A stretch of DNA of 64,000 nt. Origin: Candidatus Methanoxibalbensis ujae (GTDB lineage Archaea; Halobacteriota; Syntropharchaeia; Alkanophagales; Methanospirareceae). The notes under the pieces were generated by a model. The model had not been told where the DNA came from, did not search any database, and saw only the letters and a program-made list of their open reading frames with translations. The stretch covers positions 193 to 64,192 of the forward strand of contig JAOQIN010000006.1 in the NCBI GenBank assembly GCA_026134085.1, given 5' to 3'. The translations under genes were made by a program, and so were the position numbers. Of this stretch, positions 51,073 through 61,063 are shown in pieces; position 1 is the first letter of the stretch, and each line of letters opens with the position of its first letter.

Positions 51073-51840
51073 TCACGCCAATGAGATGCCGGGCACTTCT
51101 ATTTTATCAGTGCCTATCACAAACACATAGTCCTCTATCGTCTCAAACGCTCCAACAGCCCCCTCGCTGCCGCTCTCAGCGGACAGTCCCCTGCAGAATC
51201 CGAGACCTTCTATCCTCACGATGTTCGGTTCCGAGCTCCTCCTTATCTCCCGCGATATCACCCTGCCGATTCGCGTGGTATGCCTGCCGCCAAACACGAT
51301 TACATTGCTTCCCTGTTTGAAAGGGAGATGTCTGACAACACTTCCGTCATCCAGAGAGATCAGCAGTGAATCGAGCGTCTTCACCTCCCTTCCAAATTCG
51401 TTATCGCATATCATGTTCCTTCCATCATGCATATTCAACTGAATTCTTCCACCTTTCAGCACAACTTTACCGCGAACTTTGCACAGTTTCATATTGGCAT
51501 CTTTTTCATCTATGCCGATCAGTGTGAGAATGCCTCTTCTATCCATCAACATCACATAATGCTCATTCAATCGCGGTATGGAAATCACATCAAAAATGCC
51601 AACGGGAAATTTGTAGTTCTTCCTGACTCTCCCGTTCACGATTATGTGACCCTCCACCAGTATTTTCCTTGCCTCTCTGCTGTTATCCGCGAGTTTCAGC
51701 ACATCTCTGACCAACATAAGCAGAGGCATGCTCCTGTCCTTCGGATGAGGTCCTGGCATGGGCTTCACTGTCCAGTGGGATCTCTTCCTCTCCAGTGGCC
51801 AGCTGGATGGTGCGGATATACGCTTCTGATGCCTGCTCAT
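51073..51840 (-). CDS. rps4e: 30S ribosomal protein S4e
   Basis: HQKR.SAP.SW, PGPH, FPVG.FDVI, LNMHDGRN, FET..DYVFVIG. Confidence 0.95.
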   Translation of the reverse strand: MSRHQKRISAPSSWPLERKRSHWTVKPMPGPHPKDRSMPLLMLVRDVLKLADNSREARKILVEGHIIVNGRVRKNYKFPVGIFDVISIPRLNEHYVMLMDRRGILTLIGIDEKDANMKLCKVRGKVVLKGGRIQLNMHDGRNMICDNEFGREVKTLDSLLISLDDGSVVRHLPFKQGSNVIVFGGRHTTRIGRVISREIRRSSEPNIVRIEGLGFCRGLSAESGSEGAVGAFETIEDYVFVIGTDKIEVPGISLA

Positions 51841-52107
51841 ACATTCTTCATGTGATCTCCTATCTTAAAAAAATGTGCCACAGCAGACTCCAACAGCACA
51901 GGCGGCCTCCTCAAACTGATGATAAATCTCCTTTATGATCCCACAATTCTCTGATCTTCCGATCCTCCGATCCTGCAATCCCGTACAACAATCCCATACA
52001 GAATTGGAAAATACAAAAAGAAACAAAAAGAAAAGAATAAAGAAGAGGAAAGGGAAAAAAGAAAAAAAGAAAGAGGGAAAGAGGAAGGGAGAGGGAGTGA
52101 GAGGGAA

Positions 52108-52680
52108 ATGGGGACGCTTGAGAATATTGTCAAGGCATTCACAGGGGAGAGTATGGCAAGGAACCGCTACACATTTTATGCTAAAGTGGCGAGAGATGAG
52201 GGTTTTGTTTTCGTATCAAATGTTTTCATTGAGACCGCGGACAATGAAAAGGAGCATGCTGAGACGCTTTTTGATATGATTCAGCGTTTGAAAAAAGAGT
52301 ATTCGGCGATTGCAGTGCCTGTGGAGGTTCCTTTGACACTGGGGAGCACTTCAGAAAATCTGAAGGCTGCGATAGAGGGGGAGAACTACGAGCATACGAA
52401 GATGTATCCTGAATTTGCCGATGAGGCGGAGCGGGAGGGGTTGAGCGACATTGCAGAGAAATTGAGGGCGATCGCAACAGCCGAGAAGCATCACGAGGAT
52501 CGCTTCAGAAAAATTCTTGATGCAGTTGAAAGTGGAACAATGTTCAGGCGTGACGGGGAGATCGCCTGGGTCTGCCTTGAGTGCGGTTATATACATTATG
52601 GGACGGAACCTCCTGAGGAATGTCCATCTTGCGGTCATTCACGGGATTATTATGTTGCGATGGAGTTTCTCTGCCTGTGA
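52108..52680 (+). CDS. rbr: Rubrerythrin
   Basis: AF.GES.ARNRY, NEKEHA, EKHHE, CLECGY...CPSC.H. Confidence 0.95.
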   Translation: MGTLENIVKAFTGESMARNRYTFYAKVARDEGFVFVSNVFIETADNEKEHAETLFDMIQRLKKEYSAIAVPVEVPLTLGSTSENLKAAIEGENYEHTKMYPEFADEAEREGLSDIAEKLRAIATAEKHHEDRFRKILDAVESGTMFRRDGEIAWVCLECGYIHYGTEPPEECPSCGHSRDYYVAMEFLCL

Positions 52681-52717
52681 TGCTGTGCGTAAAAAGTAGA
52701 GCAGCGGAGGTGCGAGC

Positions 52718-53233
52718 TCATAAGAGCTCTGCACCTTTTTCAATGACAATTTTGCAGGGAGTTGGAAGTTTGTAAGATGCACGCTTCAGCGCCTCTCTTG
52801 CAGACTCATAGTTTTCAGGGTAAACACGCACGCTCATTATGCTCTGCCCGGCTTTGACGCGTGCGGCTGTTCCGACAGGTCTTCCGAACGCCCTTCGCAT
52901 TCCGCTTGAAATTCTGTCAGCGCCCGCTCCCACTGCCAATTTGTGTTCACGCAGCACATGATGTGGATACACACGCACTTTGAAGTGGTAATTGTTGCGA
53001 CCCACGCGGCGCATGAGATACTTGTTTGCTGAGATCCTCGCGGATTCAAGCGCGTTGTGTCTTATCTGACACGCTTCTTCAGAGACGAGTGATACCGTGA
53101 CTGGAAAATCGGCATTTGGATTGCCCATGTCAAAAATCATGATCTTGCTCCCCGGAACACCTCTCATATACTCTCTGCGCACATATGCCTTCCCATCAAG
53201 CCTTCTATACATGCGTGCTGGCTTCCTCGCCAT
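52718..53233 (-). CDS. rpl10e: 50S ribosomal protein L10e (uL16)
   Basis: [31 protein letters not shown]. Confidence 0.95.
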   Translation of the reverse strand: MARKPARMYRRLDGKAYVRREYMRGVPGSKIMIFDMGNPNADFPVTVSLVSEEACQIRHNALESARISANKYLMRRVGRNNYHFKVRVYPHHVLREHKLAVGAGADRISSGMRRAFGRPVGTAARVKAGQSIMSVRVYPENYESAREALKRASYKLPTPCKIVIEKGAELL

Positions 53234-53416
53234 CTATCTCGCCTCCTTTCCACTTCATCTTCCACATTTCCTTCTCCCTTCCCATTTTTCTCTTCTCATT
53301 TTAACTTTCTGTTGCTGCCAAGTCCCCTTGCGAAAGCGAGGGGATACAGCAGAGGAGGCGGAAGGGGGAAGGATGGATGTAAGTTTTATATTAGTTCAAG
53401 CAAGAAAAATGTAACT

Positions 53417-53799
53417 ATGAAATACAAACTTAAGGAGCTCATTCAGTCCACTCTCTTCACTATCACCTCATCTTCGTAGTAAAGTATCGCAGAAAAGTAT
53501 TCACAAACGATAAAATCATTGATTTTCTCAAACAGAAAACGAAATTTCAGGGACTTTCGATGTTGAAGTTCTCGCAATAGAATGTGATGTCGATCACATC
53601 CATATCTTATTCAAAACAAACTCTGGACATCCCTAAATCAACGCTCTGAAAACGATAACTTCAAGGGAGATAAGGCGGAAGTTCCCAGAAGAAGAAGCTG
53701 TGGAAAAACGTCTTCTCGTCATACTTCTTAGCGACAACTGGACAGGTTACATTAGATGTTCTGAACGTGGAATCGCAAGGTGAAAACGATGCTGATTAG
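53417..53799 (+). pseudogene. tnpA: IS200 HUH transposase TnpA, multiple frameshifts
   Basis: YHLIFVVKYRRKV, DHIHILF, SREIRR.FP, SYFLATTG fragments in shifting frames. Confidence 0.88.
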
Positions 53800-54896
53800 C
53801 TACAAATTCCGCATCTATCCTTCGAAGACAGCTGAAACAAGACTAAATGAACAGCTTGAGTTATGTCGCCGCTTATACAATAAGCTGCTTGAAGAAGTCA
53901 ACAAGGCAAGAAAAAAGGGTAGAAAGATAAATTGGAAATATACTCAAGCTCTAATCGTAAAGCTGAAGCAAGAGAGGCCAGAGCTGAAGAATGCTCAAAA
54001 GTTTTGCAGATGGTGGATTATCAGCTAGGGTCAAATCGTTCAAAACCATGAACTTCAACCAGTCTGGCTTCAAAATTGAGAGAAAGAGGCTCATTCTTTC
54101 AAAAGTAGATGAAATTCCGATAAAGCTTCATCGTCCGATTGATGGCAGGATCGGATAATCGTCAGGAGGACTAAAACTGGAAAGTGGTTCGCCATGGTGC
54201 AGGCTGAGGTTGATGAAGAACCTCTACCAAAAACGGGCAGAGTTGTAGCTTTGGACCAGGGTATTCATCACTTCTGCGTGGATTCAGACGGAATAGCTTT
54301 CGAGAATCCGAAGTTCATCGACAGAACGCTTGAGAAAATCAAGAAAGTTCAAAAAGAGCTGTCGAGAAAGCAGAAGGGATCACGAAAAAGAGAGAAAGTC
54401 AGGCTTAAGCTTGCAAAACTCCACGAGAAACTGAACAACCAGCGGTTGGATTTCCTGCACCTCGTTATTACATCAACAACTACGATGTAATCTGCGTTGA
54501 AGATCTGGATGTGAAAGATTTAGTTGAAAATGGAAAATCCCCGACCCTGAACAGACACATTTACGATGCTGCTTGGTCCAAGTTCCTCTCACTGCTCGCC
54601 TTCAAGGCTGAAAGAGCTGGAAAGTGGTGAGGGTTGGGGCTGCAAATACTTCAAAGAGGTGTGCTAAATGTGGCTTTTTTGAGGATCTTTCTTTGAAAGA
54701 TAGATGGTTTACCTGCCCAAGATGGGGAGGCGGACAGAGACTTCAACGCCTCCCTAAACATCTCAGATGTGGGGCTGGGACAGTCCCAACGCCTGTGGAG
54801 AGAGAACCTCTACCCTTCGTGATTCCCTATCGGAATGTGATCGAGGGGCAAGTTCTCTCTGTGAAGCGGGAAGCCCCTTCCGTCAGGGCGGGGTAG
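53789..54896 (+). pseudogene. tnpB: TnpB RNA-guided nuclease, multiple frameshifts
   Basis: YKFRIYP, VVALDQGI, ICVEDL, TSKRCAKCG, DRDFNASLN fragments. Confidence 0.9.
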
Positions 54897-54901
54897 TTCA
54901 C

Positions 54902-54997
54902 TAACGCTTTGCGACGCCAATAACGCTTTGCGACGCCATTTGCGACGCCGACTCACTGAATCCGCTGTCACAATTACTGAATCCGCTGTCACAATTA
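54902..54997. repeat. Two tandem repeats abutting the IS right end (19 bp x about 2.5; 21 bp x 2)
   Basis: TAACGCTTTGCGACGCCAA units; ACTGAATCCGCTGTCACAATT x2. Confidence 0.85.
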
Positions 54998-55021
54998 AAT
55001 AAAACGCGAGGCAAATATAAC

Positions 55022-55852
55022 ATGATGAAGATAATAGGTGTTGATATAGGCGGCACGAACATAGATGTTGTTTTTTTCTCAGATGGGAAATATAGACATA
55101 TAATGACTTTGCACACTGAAAATATTGATGATATCTGTGAAAAAATTCAGGAAACAGTGTCCATAATGGATGTTGATGCCGTCGGTATTGGTGTGGCTGC
55201 ATGGTTGAAAAGCGGCAATATAATACATGCTCCCAATTTGCCATCGCCTGAAGCGCCTTTGAATCTCAGAGATGCGCTTGATGTCCCTGTGTTTCTGGAC
55301 AATGATGCGAACTGCTTTGCTATGTTCGCACATGAGATTCTCGGTCATGCGAGCTTGCTCGCTGTCACTGTGGGCACGGGCATAGGCAGCGGCATAATAG
55401 TGAACGGAGAGATATACAGAGGTGGGGGGATAGCGGGCGAAATAGGACACTGGACAACGGGGAGAAGCTCGCGCTCTGACACTGGAAAACAGGAGAACCT
55501 GAGATGCAGATGCGGCGGAAAAGACCATCTTGAATGCTATTTCAGCGGATGGGCGCTTGAGCAGAAATATGGGAAGAGTGTGAAGGATCTCATGGCCGAA
55601 AATCGCAATTTCATATATGAAACTGAGGGATTTGATGATTTTTGCAGAGCAATTGCGAACGCAGTCATGCTTCTTGATCCTTCAGCAGTTGTTTTTGGCG
55701 GCAGAATAGGGATGCAGTTTGATGCAAAAATTCTTGAAAACCGTATATATTGTTATCTAATGCGCGGTTTTCTGCCGAGAATAGAGGTATTAAAGGACGA
55801 AATTGCAGTTGCAAAGGGTGCATGCATACTTGCTGCATCCAGCATGCTGTGA
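55022..55852 (+). CDS. ROK family sugar kinase
   Basis: GVDIGGT, DNDAN, GTGIGSG, AGEIGH, CRCG...HLE. Confidence 0.92.
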   Translation: MMKIIGVDIGGTNIDVVFFSDGKYRHIMTLHTENIDDICEKIQETVSIMDVDAVGIGVAAWLKSGNIIHAPNLPSPEAPLNLRDALDVPVFLDNDANCFAMFAHEILGHASLLAVTVGTGIGSGIIVNGEIYRGGGIAGEIGHWTTGRSSRSDTGKQENLRCRCGGKDHLECYFSGWALEQKYGKSVKDLMAENRNFIYETEGFDDFCRAIANAVMLLDPSAVVFGGRIGMQFDAKILENRIYCYLMRGFLPRIEVLKDEIAVAKGACILAASSML

Positions 55853-55958
55853 TTGGTTGTGAGTGATGAGTGTGCTGCCGCTGTGTGAGTGAAATTGCTA
55901 AAGTATTTATATGTTGAGTATATTGATAAATATTGTCCCATTTAGGAGGTGATAAATT

Positions 55959-57104
55959 ATGAGGACAGCGATTTTTGGGCAGGGATATGTGGCGTCTATA
56001 CTTGCTGTGGGTCTTCAGCGTATAAAGGAGGGAGAGATAGGGTATGATGGCATACCTCTCACGGACATACCGAAGAGCATAGAGGACATTGAGATTGTGC
56101 TCTCGTTTGATGTTGATGAGCAAAAAGTCGGCAGGCGGCTTTCAGAGGTTGTGCGGTCGTATTGGAGTGTTGAGATGAGATTTGAGAACGATTACACGGT
56201 GAATATGGGTTATTCTCGGGGTTCTGCGAATGAGGATCTTGAGGAGACAGTGTGGCGTCTTGTTGATGAATACGAGCGTGCGGATGTGGAGATATTCGTC
56301 AACCTGATAACAACGGAGAACGTGAGGCCCTTCTACAATGCCGCAGAGCTTGAGAAAGCGATAAAGGAGAATCTTTATGACAGAGTATCTCCATCACAGC
56401 TGTATTTTTACTCTGTCACGCAGTATGAGCGCCCATCGGTTTTCATAAACTGCATTCCAGCTCAGATAGCGAATGATCCCGCATGCGTTGATCTTGCAAG
56501 AAGGAACTTCTGCGTCATATTCGGTGATGACGGCGCAAGCGGTGCAACCCCTCTCACCGCTGACATCCTGGAACACATGCGGCAGAGAGGTCGGAGGGTG
56601 CTCTGCATATCTCAGTTCAACATAGGAGGGAACAGTGATTTCCTGAGTCTCATGGAGCCTGATAGGAATCAGGCGAAAGAGACAACGAAGAGCTCAATCG
56701 TTCGCGATATTCTGGGATATGATGTGCCTCACTTCATAAAACCAACGGGATATCTTGAGCCTCTCGGAGACAAGAAGTTCGTTGCGATGCACATACCGTA
56801 CATCTCATTCAACGGCGCTGAGGACGAGATAATGATAGTGGCACGCATAAACGACAGCCCGGCTCTCGCGGGCATGATAATAGACCTCATAAGACTCGGA
56901 AAAATAGCCATAGAGCGCGGTGAATACGGCACTATATATCCGATAAACGCGTTCTACATGAAAATGCCAGGTCCGAGGGAGGCCAAATCTATACCAAAAA
57001 TCTTCGCATTTGAGATGGTGAAATCGTGGATAGGCTATGAAAGCGTTGATATTGGCAGCAGGGAGAGGGAGGAGGTTGCAGAACCTGACAGCAGAGAAGC
57101 CTAA
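55959..57104 (+). CDS. ino1: myo-Inositol-1(3)-phosphate synthase
   Basis: GQGYVA, FDVD..KVG, GDDG..GAT, QFNIGGN.DF, LGDKK, INDSPAL, FYMK.P. Confidence 0.92.
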   Translation: MRTAIFGQGYVASILAVGLQRIKEGEIGYDGIPLTDIPKSIEDIEIVLSFDVDEQKVGRRLSEVVRSYWSVEMRFENDYTVNMGYSRGSANEDLEETVWRLVDEYERADVEIFVNLITTENVRPFYNAAELEKAIKENLYDRVSPSQLYFYSVTQYERPSVFINCIPAQIANDPACVDLARRNFCVIFGDDGASGATPLTADILEHMRQRGRRVLCISQFNIGGNSDFLSLMEPDRNQAKETTKSSIVRDILGYDVPHFIKPTGYLEPLGDKKFVAMHIPYISFNGAEDEIMIVARINDSPALAGMIIDLIRLGKIAIERGEYGTIYPINAFYMKMPGPREAKSIPKIFAFEMVKSWIGYESVDIGSREREEVAEPDSREA

Positions 57105-58437
57105 ACCATCAATAAAAGTGTGCGGCGTTCCCATACTCCTCCGCAATTTTTTAATATTGAAAAAACTTGGTTTTGATGTTGCGGTTGTCGCGGGATACAA
57201 ATCAGAAATCATAAAGGAGCTGCTCAAAGGTGAAGAAGTTGAATTTGTGCATAATGACAATATCGATCGTGGCAATGCTTACTCTGTTCTCTGTGCGGAG
57301 AAAATCCTCAAAAACGAAAATGTTTTCGTTGTGCTTATGGGGGATCACATATTCAGCGAAGAATTTCTGACGGCAGTCAGAGATTTCGCATTATCTGAGG
57401 AATCATCAGCGGCAGCACATTCTCCCCGTATGACAGCTATCGTATGTGACAGCGACGCAGCGCTTGATATTGAGGAAGCAACCAAAATACGCACGGAAGA
57501 CGGCTCTGTCGCGGACATAGGCAAGAACATCCCGGATTGGACATACATAGACACGGGCGCATTCATATGCACACCTCATGTTTTCAATATACTTGAGCGC
57601 GCGTTCTCAAAGAAGGAAAAAGTTGAATGGTCGGAGATTGTCAGGGAAGCCAGAATGAAAACGCACAAAATAAATGCATTTTGGGCAGATATTGACACTG
57701 TTGAAGACCTGAAAAATGCTGAAAATGAGATTCTTAAGAGTCTTGTGAAGCCTGAAGATGGCATAATTTCAAAATATCTGAACAGAAAGATTTCATTGCG
57801 CATATCAAAATGGCTGTGTTCATACGATATAAGTCCCAATGTGATCACCTCCATCTCTTTCATTCTCTCCATAATCTCCGCTTTCTTCTTCATGTCACAT
57901 GCTTTCATTCCATATTCTTATGTCATGGGGGGAATTATAGCTCAGATCTCCTCCGTGATTGATGGAGTGGACGGCGAGATAGCGAGACTGAAGATGAGAA
58001 CAACAGGTTTTGGAGGATTTTACGATTCAGTTCTTGACAGATATGCCGATGTTTTCATCCTGTCAGCAATATTATTTGCTGCCAGTTATCACTTCACTCA
58101 TCATTTATCTCATCATGAAATGCTCATCAACATCTCACTTTTCATCGCAGCTCTCACAGGTGCATCGCTTGTCAGCTACACAGCATCAAAATTCGGCGAA
58201 ATCTACCGCGATAAAATTGAAAAACATGAGGGAATTTTCAGATTCATACCTGCTAAGAGGGATGAACGCATATTTATAATATTCGTGTGCGCTATATTTG
58301 CTGAGTTTAACACAGTTTTCTTTCGTATTGCTTTTATTGCAATAGCCGTATCCACGAATTTGCGAACTCTGTGCAGATTATTTGTGGCGAGAAGTGAGAA
58401 ACTGGGGAGATTGCAGAAACAGCGGCATGAGATATGA
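57037..58437 (+). CDS. Bifunctional IPCT/DIPPS (di-myo-inositol-phosphate synthesis)
   Basis: N-terminal LAAGRGRRL nucleotidyltransferase; C-terminal DGVDGEIAR....T.FG..YDS.LDR CDP-alcohol phosphotransferase; follows ino1. Confidence 0.92.
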   Translation: MKALILAAGRGRRLQNLTAEKPKPSIKVCGVPILLRNFLILKKLGFDVAVVAGYKSEIIKELLKGEEVEFVHNDNIDRGNAYSVLCAEKILKNENVFVVLMGDHIFSEEFLTAVRDFALSEESSAAAHSPRMTAIVCDSDAALDIEEATKIRTEDGSVADIGKNIPDWTYIDTGAFICTPHVFNILERAFSKKEKVEWSEIVREARMKTHKINAFWADIDTVEDLKNAENEILKSLVKPEDGIISKYLNRKISLRISKWLCSYDISPNVITSISFILSIISAFFFMSHAFIPYSYVMGGIIAQISSVIDGVDGEIARLKMRTTGFGGFYDSVLDRYADVFILSAILFAASYHFTHHLSHHEMLINISLFIAALTGASLVSYTASKFGEIYRDKIEKHEGIFRFIPAKRDERIFIIFVCAIFAEFNTVFFRIAFIAIAVSTNLRTLCRLFVARSEKLGRLQKQRHEI

Positions 58438-59252
58438 TATCAAAAAAAGCAAGAGGATGGGAGAGGGATATGAAAAGGAGAGTTATAAGCGTTTCTGGCA
58501 AGGGGGGCTCGGGAAAAACAATGATATCAGCGCTTCTCATCAGGGAGATACTTGCTGAGTGCGACAGGAGCGGGGTCGGATGTTGTGTGCTTGCGATAGA
58601 TGCTGACCCTGATGCGAATCTTGCAGATGCGCTCGGCGTCTCATATGAGAAGACCGTTGGGGACATAAGGGAGAAAATTCTGGAGGAGAAGCAGAGAGAA
58701 ATAGGAATGGACATCCGCATACGATTTGAGGCGAAGATTGCAGAGATAATGGTTGAGGAGCATGGATTTGACCTCATTGTGATGGGGCGTCCTGAGGGGC
58801 CCGGATGCTACTGCCCCGTAAATCACATACTGCGTGCAGCGATAGATGCACTCTCCCGGAACTACGATTTCACTGTCATAGACTGCGAGGCAGGTCTTGA
58901 GCATCTCAGCAGAAGGACAACGCAGGATGTTGATGTGATGATTGTCGTCATTGATGAAACAATGAAGAGCATAAGAACAGCGCTGAGATTGATTGAGATA
59001 GCGCGCGAATTGGATGTTGATGTGAGAAACATGTTCTTCGTTGCAAACAAAATAACAACAGAAGAGACGAAGAAGCGCATAGAGGCTGCTGCTCGCAGGC
59101 ATGGGATTGAGATATCCGCATTCATTCCATATGATCAGAGCGTCGCCCGTTTTGACATTGAGGGAATTCCTGTTGTCAATCTTCCCGATGACTCTCCTTC
59201 TGTGGTTGCGGTGCGCGGGATTGTGAAGATGGTGATGTCCGATGATTCATGA
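58434..59252 (+). CDS. cooC: CooC/AcsF-type nickel-insertion ATPase
   Basis: GKGGSGKT, IDADPD.NL, GPGCYC, DCEAGLEHLSR. Confidence 0.9.
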   Translation: MISKKARGWERDMKRRVISVSGKGGSGKTMISALLIREILAECDRSGVGCCVLAIDADPDANLADALGVSYEKTVGDIREKILEEKQREIGMDIRIRFEAKIAEIMVEEHGFDLIVMGRPEGPGCYCPVNHILRAAIDALSRNYDFTVIDCEAGLEHLSRRTTQDVDVMIVVIDETMKSIRTALRLIEIARELDVDVRNMFFVANKITTEETKKRIEAAARRHGIEISAFIPYDQSVARFDIEGIPVVNLPDDSPSVVAVRGIVKMVMSDDS

Positions 59253-59372
59253 GATGTTGCTGATGTCGCTGATGTTGCCGATATTGCCGATATTGCCATG
59301 CAACGCCACTTGCGTGAGGTGATATGTGATGAGTAAAACTATAAAGAGGCGGAAAATGATGGATGATGGGGG

Positions 59373-60032
59373 GTGTGTGCATTGAAAATACTGTTTATCA
59401 CTTCAAATGTGCATAAATTTCGTGAGGTGCAGGATATAGTGAGGAATATCTCGCGGAGATCAGATATTGAGATATCACATCTCCCGTTGAAATATCCTGA
59501 AATTCAGCATGAAGAAATTGAGTTTGTGGCGAAAAGCGCTGCATACTTCATCATGAAGGAGTGCTATGTGAGTGAACCATTCTTTCTGGAGGATTCAGGC
59601 CTTTTTATCCCTGCATTGAAGGGATTTCCCGGTGCATTCTCTTCATTTGTGTTCAGCAAAATAGGAAATGAAGGTATTTTGAAGCTTATGAGTGGGCTTG
59701 AAGGTGATGAGAGGCGCGCATTCTTCAAATCAGTCATCGCTTTCTCCTCTTCATCGCACGCATCAAATTCATCGCGCTCTTATGATTTTTTTGACATTTG
59801 CTCCGACGCTCGCGCTCACAATTGCATGCCCGCACCAGGTGATGTGAAGATATTTGTCGGCATAACGGAGGGCAGGATAGCCGATAGTGAGAGGGGTTCA
59901 GGCGGCTTTGGTTTTGATCCGATATTTGAATATGAGGGAAAGACATTCGCCGAGATGACGACTGAGGAGAAGAACAGCGTGTCTCATCGCGGAAAAGCCG
60001 TCAGGAAGTTCATCGATTATCTGATCGGTTGA
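59373..60032 (+). CDS. rdgB: Non-canonical purine NTP pyrophosphatase (RdgB/HAM1)
   Basis: TSN.HK..E, EDSGL, GFPG, GFGFDPIF, EKN.VSHR. Confidence 0.93.
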   Translation: MCALKILFITSNVHKFREVQDIVRNISRRSDIEISHLPLKYPEIQHEEIEFVAKSAAYFIMKECYVSEPFFLEDSGLFIPALKGFPGAFSSFVFSKIGNEGILKLMSGLEGDERRAFFKSVIAFSSSSHASNSSRSYDFFDICSDARAHNCMPAPGDVKIFVGITEGRIADSERGSGGFGFDPIFEYEGKTFAEMTTEEKNSVSHRGKAVRKFIDYLIG

Positions 60033-60089
60033 GGTTGATCGGTTGAGGATACGATCGGTTGAGGAAGGGGCTGAGTCAACAGACCATGC

Positions 60090-60735
60090 CATTGAGAACA
60101 AGGGCTCGTTTCGTTTAATGATCCAGTCTGCATTCAGTTCAATCCCTCAAGGCGGACCCCGCTGCATCTCAAACTATTCAATGAACTGAGATAGATGATA
60201 ACAAAAATCTTGTTTTCTTACCTCAGCTCTGTCACTTGAAATCTTCAGCTTTTCCGACCTTCTATGTAATAGCCCACCCTCATTAACTTCTTCCCATAGA
60301 ATTTCGGTCTTGGATTGGCGGTGAAAACGACAGTAGCTTATCTAAATCATCCAAATCAATAAACGCATTCTCGTATAATCTCAACTTCTTTCTCAACCGT
60401 TATGTGAACGAACCAATCATTCTTCCTTCTCATCAGCCTCCTGATCTCCAAGTCATATTTATTTCGCAATTAACAGGTAGATTCAGCCTCCCATGTGTTT
60501 ATATTCCGATAGCCTGTTGCCGGTCACCATCATAGACGTCGTCTCTCAAAATAAGAGAATTTTCAATAAGAGGATTTTCAGTTTTCCACTGTTCCGCTTT
60601 CTGATTTTTCTTAACAGTTTTCTTAACAGCAGCTTGCTGTTTGGTTGCGGAATAAAGCTCTGCATCTCCCCCTCTCAAATCTTTCTGGAAGTCAGCGCAT
60701 TCCCTCTCCAAAAAGCTTTCCATTATTTGCTTCAT
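60090..60735 (-). pseudogene. Compact archaeal TnpB relic, heavily deleted
   Basis: Fragments LYSATKQQA, LILRDD, WFVHITVEKEV, PKFYGK, ELNADW. Confidence 0.65.
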
Positions 60736-60814
60736 CCATTATTTTACGATTGTTGCAACATGTGTCCATAGCGATGAGAGCTTAAGCAATTCAGAGCTTA
60801 AGCAATTTGGGAAA

Positions 60815-61063
60815 CTATTTAGAATATTTCTCCTCTTTATCCTCTATTTTGTGGAATAATTGGATAAGCTGAAATAAGTGGAGATAATCTTGTGGCAATA
60901 TTGAGAACTTTGATCCCTGATTCATCGGCAACATCATAGATAATTTTCTCCGATCTTTCCTTGATTTTTCGATTAAAACGCTACGCTCAGGACACAAAAC
61001 CAGACTGGATGCGATATGCTTTGTTTCCTGAGTGTTGTATAACTTATCTTTCTGTTTCAACAT
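60815..61063 (-). pseudogene. IS200 TnpA relic upstream of the tnpB relic (second IS605-like element)
   Basis: Fragments LVLCP.RSVL, IKERSEKIIYDVADE.GIKVLNI, DYLHLF, ISAYP. Confidence 0.55.

Larger units (their letters stand above)
53318..54901 (+). mobile_element. IS200/IS605 element (tnpA + tnpB), inactivated
   Basis: Left-end hairpin TCCCCTTGC-GAAA-GCGAGGGGA; right end GAAGCCCC...GGGGTAGTTCAC; fragmented tnpA and tnpB between. Confidence 0.9.
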
